Assembly (NCBI GenBank): GCA_052327205.1
Contig: CM126209.1
Location: forward strand, 183,644,001 to 183,708,000
Length of the DNA stretch: 64,000 nucleotides
Direction: 5' to 3'
Source of the DNA: Somniosus microcephalus
Lineage: Eukaryota
Under the pieces are notes generated by a model. It was given only the letters and a program-made list of their open reading frames with translations, did no database searches and had not been told where the DNA came from. A program made the translations under genes and the position numbers. Shown in pieces: positions 47,140-59,077 of the stretch. Within the stretch, counting starts at the first letter, position 1. Each line of letters opens with the position of its first letter.

Positions 47140-48624
47140 TGTAAGGCTCGCAAAATTTTACAGATTCCCCCCCCCCAAACCAAGAAAAGGAGAAATTTTG
47201 GACTGTTTTAAAGAATATTGGGACAAAAGGGACTTAAAGTCAAAACCCCAGGAAGATTTGGCTATTTTAAAATGCATGTCCAGGCCTGTGGAAAGCTGCA
47301 ACAAAGGAACTGAGTTGGGCACTGTGGGACAGACAGTTTGAGTATTGGATAAGGCCAGATTGTCTGAGAATGTTCTGGACCATCCCAGTCATTCTACATA
47401 AAGACAATAGGCCCACGGAAGGACAGTTCCCGCCAAAAACCTACAGGGCCATCAAGAACATGAATAATACAATACATGTCACTAATCAACAAAAGAGACC
47501 CTGACCCCAGCAGGAGAAGAAAATCGAACAACAGTTTAAACCCACTCAGAGAGACATCCAAAACCACTTCGCACACTTAAACTGATTTCGAAGCAATCCC
47601 GAAACTAGTTAAAAGGTCAATTAAAAATAGATGGGACCAGCCCCGAAACTCGATAAGAATTTAAAAACTATTAAAATTAACAAGCCTGCCAAAATTAACA
47701 ATGGGCCAGAGGAGATTTGGCGGTCAGATAAGCCAGACCTCAAAACAATATAATTGAGACCTGCTTGTACACAGAAGGCAGTGCAGTTCACAGTGCAGTG
47801 CATCTGAGAAGCAGTGTTCACCTCACAGTACGTCCCGATACGAACAGCCTCTCGGAACAACCACATGGGAGAAGAAGGTACTACTCATCATCGTCAGAGA
47901 ATCGGAGACTTGAGGAAAGAAGGACGAAATGAAAGGAGAACGGAATCGCGGCAACCAAAGGCCTCAAGAAACCAACAACTAACAATATTACCACCAACTA
48001 GGTAATATTGGGCCACCATGAGCAACAAGAAACCAACCTGGAAGAAACCGAAGATTTACAAACTTGTTTCCACTCTACAAGCTAGCCTGATTTACCCCTG
48101 GGTAAGATTTAACACAAAAGACTCTAAAAACTATACCTAACCAAAGGAAATTGGGTACTTACCTGATAAATCCAAATACGCACCCAACCGCATCAGCGGA
48201 CTCGCGAAGACTGAAAACCCAATGCAGGTGCAGTCTTCCACCACGTCCGGGGTACAGCAGCTAGAGAGAACCCTGAAATTGCGAACCTCTACAACTGTCA
48301 AGAAAGTCGTTTGCTGAGCATTTCCTGCTCCTCTGGAATTCAACCTAGTTGGTGTAGTGGGATTGGGAGGGGTAAGGTATTTTGTCTATTGTCATTCTCC
48401 CTCGCATATTCCAAAGTGTTCCCCCTTTTAGAGTATAAGATTTATTGTATTGTATATTTTCCTGTCTCAAAGTGAAATCTCAATTCTTTTGACCAACTCA
48501 GGTGTCTGTTGCAATTTCATTACAACCCCCAAATAAGTCCAAAGTCTAGAACCAAGGGAGTGGGAGTGATTCGAACTGCTCAGGGAGTCAGAGGCAAGGC
48601 TGACCACACACACCACCCCTTACA
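47140..48624 (+). mobile_element. Probable ~1.5-kb solo LTR
   Basis: Termini TGTAAGG...CCTTACA (inverted, TG/CA), GTT on both flanks, no coding capacity, inserted in an old LINE-like fragment; strand tentative. Confidence 0.6.
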
Positions 48625-48998
48625 GTTACCCATTTTATCTTCCTTTCAGTTTTTCCATCGCTCCTTTTTTAAACAGAAAGTTTACATTTGCTATCCTTCA
48701 AACTGCCAGGACAATTCCAAGAACGGTTGAAAAGAGCCTCTGCAGAGATTCAGATCAGTGCTTTAAATTTTGTAATCTATTCTAATTGGCTACAACAGTT
48801 ATTTGATATAAGAACAATGATTGTTTTTCAATTCAAATATAAACAAAGCAAGTTCTGGAAGGACCGAAACAGTATTCAAGTTTACAAGGATGTTCTGAAT
48901 TAAAGTACTGAATTTAAACTTTTGTTTAAGAATATTTTGTAAAATTAAGTCTGTTGCAGAAATGTTTGGTAAATAACGCAAGATCTTTTCTTAAGTTA

Positions 48999-49894
48999 TC
49001 TATATGTATAAACGGATCGTTCTTTCTGTCTGTCTGTCTATCTGTCTGTCCTTCTGTCTGTCCTCGGGTGTGCGTCTGTCCGGCTATGCGCTCGAAAGTT
49101 ATACAGCGTACCTACGCGCGCGTTACCTCCGAAGAAAGCTTACGCTTCCGGGACGCTCGTAAGCATATTTACTTTTCGGTCGGACGAAAATTGTTCGCGC
49201 CTTATGCAAAAAACCTTCAAAATTAAACTCATTATCTGCTAGCATTGATTGACTGACGTCAAAGTTCGACCAATCCTGTGCCATCACGATTGACCAATCC
49301 TACAGTACGGTCCCCTGATGGTTGGCCAATCGGTGTGTGTGTGTGTGGGCGGGACTAATCGTTTTCATCTCAGGGATCTGGCAGCCATTGTTTCACTGCC
49401 ATTACTTCAGCTTCCAGCTCAAACTACTTTGATCATCCAGCTTTGAAAAAGTTAGTATCTCTTTTAAAAATAACATAAGATTTACCAAAAACGTTTTCTA
49501 AGTACTTTCACTTTCATCTTTCAAGGTATTAAAAGGTAGAAATGTTGCCCGGCAGCAGATTCACACAGAGAGAGAGAGTGACAGGGCCTGAAAGCCCTTT
49601 GATCATCCAGCTTTGAAAAAGTTAGTATCTCTTTTAAAAATAACATAAGATTTACCAAAAACGTTTTATAAGTACTTTCACTTTCATCTTTCAAGGTATT
49701 AAAAGGTAGAAATGTTGCCTGGCAGCAGATTCACAGAGGGACAGACAGACAGGGCCTGAAAGCCTGGGACTCGATTTAAAATGTTGCCCGGCAGCAGATT
49801 CACAGAGGGACACAGAGAGGCCCCAAAGCCTGGGACTCGATTTAAACCGCCCGGCCCAAAACAGCCCTGGCAAAGCCGGGCTCCCCCCAGCTAG
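48999..49894 (+). mobile_element. Non-autonomous Helitron
   Basis: A|TC 5' end (TCTATATGTATAAA), (TCTG)n tract, 3' hairpin GCCCTGGC-AAA-GCCGGGC at 49864-49881, CTAG|T 3' end, no TSD. Confidence 0.85.
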
Positions 49895-51341
49895 TATGTA
49901 TATATTTTGAACTACTCGATGAATATCAGTACCATAAGCAGATGAACAGTAAAGAGCTACTCCTCCATCTTACATGCAGACATTTAATTATTTACACAAG
50001 TGTGGTTTATGAGGAAAGACATTTATTATTTATCTACCCACCTGAAGTGGGTGAGGAAAATATAATTTGTTTTCCAGGATCCAATTAAAAAAAAGACTTG
50101 CTTCTCATGCTCTGTGGAGATCTATTACAAACTTCTTTCCAAATCCTTCCAGTGGAGATGGGCACTTAGTCACCCCAGCATCCACTCCCACATTGTATTA
50201 TCGGTCTCATTATAATGAGCATCAAAGGAGATATGCAAATTGTGATATAAATCTTTATGTTGGTTCTGCATTATTTCCCGTTCTTCTAAAACAAATATTT
50301 TCATTTATTTTTAAAAGTTGCTAATACCAGGTATAAGTGGGAACATAATTCAAGATTCTATGCACTACCTGCAAATCAGAATGTGGAACTTAAAATGCTG
50401 GGTTGGAGAAGATATAGGAAATTATTTGGAATACTATGTTGGAAAATCATCCCTCTAGCTAGTTATTGCTCATTATTCCCTTACTAACAGGAGACATTAT
50501 CTAGACTGGATACAGCCAAACAAACACATTTGAACCAAAGTATCAGTGATATTTCCAAGGCCAATACTAGTCCACAAAACCCATATGTCCCTATGGGTAT
50601 GGCTCACTGGACCTTATTTGGAGCTGCTAGCTTTAGGGTCCCATATAGTGACTTTGAAGTTTCCTCTGTCCAATTAAGTCACCTGTTTGGCACAATTAAG
50701 ATCAATTAAGCCTTTATATGTGTGCAAATACATGCAATCTAGAGATAATGTTAATTTTTCAATTCCACCTTTACCTTTACTCAATTCTATATCCAACTAT
50801 TTTATAACATCAGCTCAATTGAAACATTCTGTAGTTTATCCAAATTCCTGGAAAGAACAATTGCTTGTGATATGAACAGGCGAGTGGTAGCTCAAGCAAG
50901 TTTCTATAAGATTCCCTTAAGATTAGAGATCTTATAAATCTTAGAATCTCCTTCTTATTAAAAGCACGTGTTAAATCAACCATTTTGCTCCTAAAATAAT
51001 AAGGCAAGCCCTCGGCTTTTAATAATAAATATCCACGTCCTTCCCCAAAGCAATTGCGTTCTGATGTAGGTAGGTTTGTATTAAAAAAATTGAAATTCTA
51101 AGTTGATATCCTTAGGGCTAGTAATTACTTTCCCATCTTTCTTCCAAATTCCCATAATAACCTTACTTGACTCCTCCTTAGGTGAACAAGAAACTCAATT
51201 GAATGGTCTTCATGTTGAAAATAGCTTCTTCTGTTTTTTTCCAAAAGACATTTTCCAATTTGGAGTTTATTAATGTTTCAAGTTCACATTTCAGTCTTTC
51301 AGATTTTCATTCTCAGTTTATTCCAAGTCCTTTAACTCAAT

Positions 51342-52748
51342 GGCTTGGATTTTGTGGTCAGCTGCAAAGTGATGGCTGCCTTCAAAGATCTAGCGATCTC
51401 TGTGGCATGGATTTCACCTTTCCTGCTGTTAATTTCATTCTGGCACCACCTGTAGGGGATCTCCGCTATCCAGCAACAGTGATGTCAGCAAGCAGACTAA
51501 GTAACCAATCACATTGAAGAATTCTCACAGACAGCAAACCAGGAAGTAAAAAGCATGGATTATCATTCACTTTTTAATCATTTTACAGAGAGCAAAATAA
51601 AGATTGGATCATACACATGGGATTAAGGTAAAAGCTGAAATATCAAACGTATAATAAATATTTTAAGTCAATCGAATTTGTATCATAATGGAGAAATTTG
51701 ACATTCCACAAATATAAAATTAGTTTTTCAGGGCCAGAGAGGTTATTCAGCAGTAATTACGATTCAGTATACCATTAAAAACCCAGTAACACCTCATTTC
51801 AACAAGGTAACATTCATGCCACACAAGTGCCAGGCAATGACTATCTCCAACAAGCAAGTATCTAACCACCGCCCCTTGACATTCAATGGCATTACCACCA
51901 CCGAATCCCCCACCATCAATATCCTGCGGGTCACCATTGACCAGAAACTTAACTGGACGAGCCACATATATAATGTGCCAACTGGACCAGCCACATATAT
52001 ACTGTGGCAACAAGAGCAGGTCAGAGGCTGGATATTCTGCAGCAAGTGTCTCACCTCCTGACTCCCTAAAGCCTTTCCACCATCTACAAGGCAAAAGTCA
52101 GAAGTGTGATGGAATACTCTCCACTTGCCTGGATGAGTGCAGCTCCAACAACACTCAAGAAGCTCGACACCATCCAATGTGTACCATCTACAAGATGCAC
52201 TGCAGCAACTCGCCAAGGCTTCTTCGGCAGCACCTCCCAAAACCGTGACCTGTACCACCTAGAAGAACAAGGGCAGCAGGCACATGGGAACACCATCACC
52301 TTCAAGTTCCCCTCCAAGTCACACACCATCCTGACTTGGAAGTATATCGCCGATCCTTCATCGTCACTGGGTCAAAATCCTGGAACTCCCTCCCTAACAA
52401 CACTGAGGGAGTAGCTTCACCACACGTACTGCAGCGGCTCAAGAAGGCGGCTCACCACCACCTTCTCAAGGGCCTTGCCAGCGATGCCCACATCCCTTGA
52501 ACAAATAATTCAGAGGTTTTTACTGCGAGATTAGAGCGTAAAAAGTGGAAGTTTATGTGAATTTAAGTGATTTCTAAGATTTCCATCTGCGAGGACTTCA
52601 AGAGGCGCAGCCTATGGAGGAGCCGGGAATCACCAACAGTAACTTCTGGATTTCTGAATTTAAATGCATATGTGTGGCCGCCAGTTTCACAGAATAATTA
52701 CAGTGAGTGCTGACAGTTTCGTCATCATACAACCACAAATTCTGGGTC
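51342..52748. mobile_element. Harbinger-type MITE containing a LINE 3' fragment (51808-52505, +)
   Basis: GGCTTGGATTTTGTGGT / ACCACAAATTCTGGGTC termini, AAT duplication; inner EYSPLAWMSAAPTTLKKLDTIQ. Confidence 0.7.
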
Positions 52749-53318
52749 AATGTTATGTACTTGTTTCGAGATTGTTAATTACTGTTTCTAAATCTTTAAC
52801 TTTCTCTTGATTTTGTTTGGCCTAGAAATTCAGTTGCGTTCGCCAGCCATTAGCGCCATAAGAGGAGTAGATCTCGAGCGCTAGGCACTTAGCGGCCGGG
52901 CGCAGAACGATCTGCGCCTACGCCCAACTTCAGTAGACATTTAGCGCCGGCGCAAAGTGTTTGCGCGCGCTCAGCTGCGCGTGCAACTTATGACGTCATT
53001 TCGTCGTGCAACGCCGTTTGTGCGCCCCAAACCGGAACTTCAGTGGCGCCCGCCCAATGTGGGCGTGGCGCTGTTAAGAACTGTGAAGTGGAACGCAGCA
53101 GAGGCCCTGTGGGCCTCGGGGAGCGCTAATTAAAGGGCACTTAGACTGAACTATAAAGGGCAGCCATTTTGCTGCAATGACTTTAGTGCAACAGATTTCT
53201 GGACAGAGACCAAGGAAGAGACCTTACTGATTTGGGCCAACATAGGAGAGGTATTTTTGGCTTCTGGCCAGAGCTTGGAAATTTGACTCATTGTGATTTC
53301 ACTGTTTGCAAGTATATT

Positions 53319-54464
53319 ATGGGGGCTGCATGGGGTTCCAATCCTCAGTTCCAGCATTATGTGCGAAGGGCTCGCAGACGCTGTGTGAGAGGGGCAGCCA
53401 TGCCTAGACGCAGAGGGGCCATCAGGCGTCGGCAACGTAGGCCTTACCCACTCAGGGAATACCGCCAGCAGGTGTCCTATCTCACCATGACTGCCGCGCA
53501 GTGTGTTAAGAGGCTGCGCTTCAGAAGGGAGGTGGTTGCAGAGATCTGCCAGCTGCTTCACAGAGATCTGCGTCCACAGCTGATGTGCAGGACGTCTCTG
53601 TCAGTGGAAGTGAAGGTCACGGTGGCTCTGAACTTTTATGCAAGCGGCTCCTTCCAAGCCGCTGCTGGGGACATAGCTAACATCTCCCAGTTCGCCGTGC
53701 ATCGCTGCATCCGGCAGGTCACCGATGCCCCTTTCACAAGGAGACACCAATTCATCTCCTTCCCCATGACCCTAGAGAGGCAGGAGCAGCGTGCAGTTGG
53801 ATTTGCGAGGATCGCCGACTTCCCCATGGTGCAGGGCGCCATTGACTGCACGCATGTGGCTTTGCGGGCACCTATCGACAATGCCGAGGATTACTGCAAC
53901 CGGAAGGGCTACCATTCCCTCAATGTACAGCTGGTGTGTGACCACAGGCAGCGCATCCTAGCTGTCAATGCCCGCTTTCCAGGCAGCAGCCACGATGCAT
54001 TTATCCTGCGCCAGACTACTGTGGCTGACATGTTCCAGGCACAGCCTCCCCCAAGAGGATGGCTTATCGGGGACAAAGGCTATCCTTTGTGTACATGGCT
54101 CATGACCCCGCTCCGCGCGCCCAGGACCCCTGCTGAGGAGGCATACAATGAAAGCCATCAAGCCACAAGGAACATCATAGAGCAAACGATTGGCATCCTC
54201 AAGCAACGGTTCCACTGCCTGGATCGCTCCGGCGGATCTCTGCAGTATTCGCCGGATAGAGTCTCCCAGTTCGTCGTCGTTTGCTGCATGCTGCACAACC
54301 TGGCTATCCGCAGGACTCAGGCACTGCCACCTCACGTTGGACCACCACCTCAGGAGGACGAGCAGGAGGACCATGAGGAGGAGGAGGAGGAGGAGTACCA
54401 GCCCAGGAGGGAGCCACAAGGTCCAAGGGCCGTCCGTCGGCGGCTTATTGAACGACACTTCTAG
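53319..54464 (+). CDS. Harbinger DDE transposase (HARBI1-like), intact ORF
   Basis: First ATG at 53319; ALNFYASGSFQ, GAIDCTHV, NRKGYHSLNVQ, GSSHDAF, GDKGYP, IIEQTIGILKQRF, CCMLHN; upstream TATAAA at 53152. Confidence 0.92.
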   Translation: MGAAWGSNPQFQHYVRRARRRCVRGAAMPRRRGAIRRRQRRPYPLREYRQQVSYLTMTAAQCVKRLRFRREVVAEICQLLHRDLRPQLMCRTSLSVEVKVTVALNFYASGSFQAAAGDIANISQFAVHRCIRQVTDAPFTRRHQFISFPMTLERQEQRAVGFARIADFPMVQGAIDCTHVALRAPIDNAEDYCNRKGYHSLNVQLVCDHRQRILAVNARFPGSSHDAFILRQTTVADMFQAQPPPRGWLIGDKGYPLCTWLMTPLRAPRTPAEEAYNESHQATRNIIEQTIGILKQRFHCLDRSGGSLQYSPDRVSQFVVVCCMLHNLAIRRTQALPPHVGPPPQEDEQEDHEEEEEEEYQPRREPQGPRAVRRRLIERHF

Positions 54465-54470
54465 GCCCCC

Positions 54471-57377
54471 TACTTCTAGGAAACTATCTATTTCTGTTTT
54501 AAATTTATTTAATGATGTAGCTTCCACAGCTTTCTGGGGCAGCAAATTCCACAAACCTACCACCCTCTGAGTGAAGAAGTTTCTCCTCATCTCAGTTTTG
54601 AATGAGCAGCCCCTTATTTTAAGATTATGCCCCCTAGTTCTAGTTTCACCCATCATTGGGAACATCCTCACCGCATCCACCCGATCAAGCCCCTTCACAA
54701 TCTTATATGTTTCAATAAGATCGCCTCTCATTCTTCTGAACTCCAATGAGTAGAGTCCCAATCTACTCAACCTCTCCTCATATGACCACCCCCTCATCCC
54801 CGGGATTAACCGAGTGAACCTTCTTTGTACTGACTCGAGAGCAAGTATGTCTTTTCTTAAGTATGGACAACAAAACTGTATGCAGTATTCCAGGTGCGGC
54901 CTCACCAATACCTTGTACAACTGCAGCAATACCTCCCTGTTTTTATATTCCAACCCCCTAGCAATAAAAGCCAACATTCCATTGGCCTTCTTAATCACTT
55001 GCTGCACCTGCATACTAATTTTTTGAGTTTCGTGCACCAGGACCCCCAGATCCCTTTGTACTACAGTACTTTCCAGTTTCTTGCCATTAAGATAATAACT
55101 TGCTCTATGATTTTTCCTGCCAAAGTGCATAACCTCACACTTTCCAGTATTGTATTCCATCTGTCAAATCTCTGCCCACTTACTTAGCCTGTCTATGTCC
55201 CTTTGCAGGTTTTTTATGTCCTCCTCACTCACTACTTTCCGTCCCATCTTTGTATCATCTGCAAACTTTGATATGTTACACTCGGTCCCCTCCTCCAAAT
55301 CATTAATATAGATTGTAAAGAGTTGGGGACCCAGCACTGACCCCTGCGGAACACCACTAGTTACTGGTTGCCAATCTGAGAACGAACCATTTATCCCAAC
55401 TCTCTGCTTTCTGTTAGAGAGCCAATCCTCCACCCACGCCAGAATATTACCCCCAATCCCGTGATTTTTTATCTTGAGCAATAATCTTTTGTGTGGCACC
55501 TTGTCAAATGCCTTTTGGAAGTCTAAATACACTACGTCCACTGGTTCCCCTTTATCCACCCTGTATGTTACTTCCTCAAAAAACTCAAGCAAATTTGTTA
55601 AACATGACTTCCCCTTCATGAAACCATGCTGAGTTTGCCCTATTAAATTATGTTTATCCAAATGTCCCGTTACTGTCTCCTTAATAATGGACTCTAACAT
55701 TTTACCAACCACAGATGTTAGGCTAACAGGTCTATAGTTTCCAGCCTTCTGCCTACTACCCTTTTTAAATAAGGGTGTTACATTAGCAGTTTTCCAATCT
55801 GCCGGGACCTTTGCTGAGTCCAGTGAGTTTTGGAAAATTATTACCAATGCATCCACAATCCCTACCGCTACTTCCCTCAAGACCCTAGGATGCAAGCCAT
55901 CAGGTCCAGGGGATTTATCCGCCTTGAGTCCCATTATTTTACCAAGTACCACTTCCTTAGTGATTTTAATTGTATTTAGTTCCTCCCCCCCTAGAGCCCC
56001 CTGTTTGTCCAGTGTTGGGATATTCTTAGTGTCCTCTACTGTAAAGACTGATACAAAATAATTGTTCAGTGTTTTTGCCATCTCCATGTTTCCCACCATT
56101 AATTTCCCGGTCTCATCCTCTAAGGGAACAACATTTACTTTAGCCACCCTTTTTCTTTTTATATAACTATAGAAACTTTTACTGTCTGTTTTTATATTTT
56201 TTGCTAATTTACTTTCATAATCTATCTTCCCTTTCTTAATCAATCTTTTTGTTATTTTTTGCTGTCTTTTAAAGACTTCCCAATCTTCCATCCTCCCACT
56301 AGATTTGGCTACCTTATATGCCCTTGTTTTTAGTCGGATACTATCCTTAATTACTTTACTTAGCCACGGATGGCTATCTTTTCTTTTACACCCTTTTTTC
56401 CTCAGTGGAATATATTTTTTTTGGAAGTTGTAAAATAACTCCTTAAATGTACACCACTGGTCATGTACCGTCTTACCCTTTAATCTATTTTCCCAGTCCA
56501 CTCTAATTAATTCCGCTCTCATACCTTCATAGCCTCCTTTATTCAAGCTCAGCATGCTTGTTTGAGATCCAACCTTCTCACCCTCTAATTGAATATGGAA
56601 TTCAACCATGTTATGGTCACTCATTCCAAGGGGATCCTTTACTAGGACATTTTTAATTAATCCCGTCTCATTACACAGGACCAGATCTAAGGTTGCTTGC
56701 CCCCTGGTCGGTTCAGTTACATACTGCTCAAGAAACCCATCCCTAATACACTCAATGAACTCTTCCTCAAGGCTGCTCTGCCCAATTTGATTTGTCCAGT
56801 TAATATGATAATTAAAATCCCCCATAATTATAGCTGTTCCCTTATTACAAGCCTCAACTATTTCCTGATTAATACTCCGTCCAACAGAGTTGCAACTGTT
56901 CGGAGGCCTATAGACTACACCCACTAGTGTTTTTTTCCCCTTATTATTCCTTACCTCCACCCAAACTGTTTCACTATCCTGCTCCTTTGACCCAATATCA
57001 TTTCTCTGTATTATAGTGATTCCTTCCTTTATTAACATAGCCACCCCACCTCCTCTCCCTTCCTGCCTGTCCTTCCTGATTGTTAAATAACCTGGTATGT
57101 TTAATTCCCAGTCATGGTCACCCTGCAGCCATGTTTCTGTAATGGCCACAAGATCATACCCATATGTCATTATTTGTGCCGTTAACTCATTCATTTTGTT
57201 ACGAATGCTACGTGCATTCAGATAAAGAACTTTCAAATATGTTTTGCAACACTTAGTTCCTGTTTTTTCCCTTTTTATTACTTTACTTTTTACTCCATAC
57301 CTTCTGTCCCTTCCTGACACATTCTGTTTTTTAATTCCCCCACTGCTACCTAAGTCTATGACCTTCTCTGTTGTCAT
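54471..57377 (-). pseudogene. CR1 ORF2 with one TGG>TGA stop at 55164-55166 and loss of the last few codons
   Basis: 737-aa ORF and the ORF from 55160 are in the same frame; KWAEI*QMEY vs KWAEIWQMGY in copy 1; FADD intact. Confidence 0.92.
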
Positions 57378-57415
57378 TTCTATTATTTGCTCTCTAGAAA
57401 CCTCCCCCCCACTAA

Positions 57416-58339
57416 TTAGTTTAAAGCCCTCTCTACAGCCCTAGTTAAATGATTCGCCAGGACTCTAGTCCCAGCACTGGCCAAGTGGAGTCCGTCCCAA
57501 CAGAACAGCTCCCTCCTGTCCCAGTACTGGTGCCAGTGTCCCAAGAAGCAAAACCCATTTCTCCCACACCAGTCTTTGAGCCACGCATTTAACTCTTTAA
57601 TTTTATTTATCCTAGCCAAATTCGCTCGTGGCTCAGGTAATAACCCAGAGATTATTACCCTTGAGGTTCTGTTTTTTAATTTGACCCCTAGCTGCTCATA
57701 CTCCTTTAACAGAACCGTCTTCCTTGTCCTATCTACGTCGTTTGTACCAACATGGACCATGACAACTGGATCCTCCCCCTCCCACTGCAAGTTTCTTTCC
57801 AGCCCAGAAGAGATGTCCTTAACCCTGGCACCAGGCAGGCAACACAGCCTTCGGGACTCCCGCTCTTGACTGCAGAGAACCCTATCTATCCCCCTAATGA
57901 TACTATCCCCTACCACTACAACATTTCTTTTTACTCCCTCCACTTGAATGGCCCCCTGTACCACGGTGCTGTGGCCAGGTTGCTCATCCTCCCTGCAGTC
58001 CCCGCTCCCGCCCTCACAGGGAGTAAGAACCTCGATCCTGCTGGACAAGAACAAGGGCTGCGTCTCCTTCAACACTACATCCTGGATCCCTGTACCTTCC
58101 TCACTCATAGTCACACCGTCCTGTCCCTGACCACGGACTACATCTGCAGTAATTAACTTCATAGGTGTGACCATCTCCTGAAACATAGAGTCCAGGAACT
58201 TCTCCCCCTTCCTGATGTGTCGCAGTGTCCGAAGCTCGGTCTCAAGCTCCATAACATGGAACTTGAGTTCCTCTAGCAGCAAACACTTGTCGCAGATGTA
58301 ATCACCGTTAGCCTCAATGGGGTTCACCGGCTCCCACAT
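57416..58339 (-). CDS. CR1 ORF1 (zinc finger/leucine zipper + SGNH esterase)
   Basis: [25 protein letters not shown]; the true start may lie slightly upstream. Confidence 0.88.
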   Translation of the reverse strand: MWEPVNPIEANGDYICDKCLLLEELKFHVMELETELRTLRHIRKGEKFLDSMFQEMVTPMKLITADVVRGQGQDGVTMSEEGTGIQDVVLKETQPLFLSSRIEVLTPCEGGSGDCREDEQPGHSTVVQGAIQVEGVKRNVVVVGDSIIRGIDRVLCSQERESRRLCCLPGARVKDISSGLERNLQWEGEDPVVMVHVGTNDVDRTRKTVLLKEYEQLGVKLKNRTSRVIISGLLPEPRANLARINKIKELNAWLKDWCGRNGFCFLGHWHQYWDRRELFCWDGLHLASAGTRVLANHLTRAVERALN

Positions 58340-58615
58340 CTCGCAACAGTATTATTAGTTATGAAGACCCTGCCCGGATATATATGATAATATCACACCA
58401 CTATTCAATAGGACTTACCAACTTAAAGGTATGAAAGAGAAGAGAAGGAAGAAAACCAACCAACCAGCTGATCACCAACCTCCTCCTTGAATACTGTCTG
58501 TGGAGCCTGTTTGGTTGACTCGTCTCGCTGCTCCGCCTCCACAGTGCTGTCTAAGCCTGGGAGTGGGGAACAAAACAGAGCAAAAAACACACCCTCACCT
58601 CCCACTTATCCGAAC

Positions 58616-58861
58616 TCTCCCACTTAGCAAAACTCCAACAGCACTCAATGCACAAAGCACTCCGTGCACTGCACTAGCCCCTCCCCTTTTATACCCGGAT
58701 TCTACTTCCTGTTTAAACTGCCCAAGAGTTTAAAAAACCCTTAAAAAATTAAACTTACTTCAAATAATTGCCTTCTTAACACACTAAAATTCACAAAATA
58801 CACTTAAATGATTTTTCTCCCACTTAGCAAAACTCCAACAGCACTCAATGCACAAAGCACT
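58616..58861 (-). promoter_or_regulatory. CR1 5' terminal module: 46-bp direct repeat at 200-bp spacing with internal ETS-like site and TATA box
   Basis: Identical 58616-58661 and 58816-58861; minus strand CAGGAAGT-AGAATCCGGG-TATAAAAGGGG with first T at 58693. Confidence 0.7.
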
Positions 58862-58864
58862 ACA

Positions 58865-59077
58865 CTACACTCCCCTGCAACACTTCCCCCCTCTGGGGAG
58901 AAGGCCGCCGAGCTGCCCGACCCTTCCCGCGTGGCTGGACGCCACTGGGCACAGGAGCTACACTCCCCTGCAACACTTCCCCCCTCTGGGGAGAAGGCAG
59001 CCGAGCTGGCCGACCCTTCCCGCTTGGCTGGACGCCACTGGGCACAGGAGCTACACTCCCCTGCAACACTTCCCCCT
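58865..59077 (-). repeat. 93-bp coding tandem repeat (2.3 copies) in Myb-gene exon 3
   Basis: Unit starts 58865, 58958, 59051; encodes EVLQGSVAPVPSGVQPSGKGRPARLPSPQRG. Confidence 0.9.

Larger units (their letters stand above)
54471..58861 (-). mobile_element. CR1 LINE (same family as 1497-9510) with intact 5' end but missing 3' UTR
   Basis: ORF1 57416-58339; ORF2 from 57377; ends at ...IDSFLEV with no tail. Confidence 0.93.

Noticed and set aside
53319-54464. Domesticated host gene HARBI1 (and NAIF1/MSANTD for the Myb ORFs)
   Set aside because: Flanked by perfect TIRs and a TSD, with several decayed paralogues in the same window, so these are transposon copies; no gene symbol given
53958-55160. 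400-aa ORF as a novel fusion gene
   Set aside because: It is the CR1 ORF2 C-terminus after a nonsense mutation reading into the antisense strand of the transposase; a junction by-product
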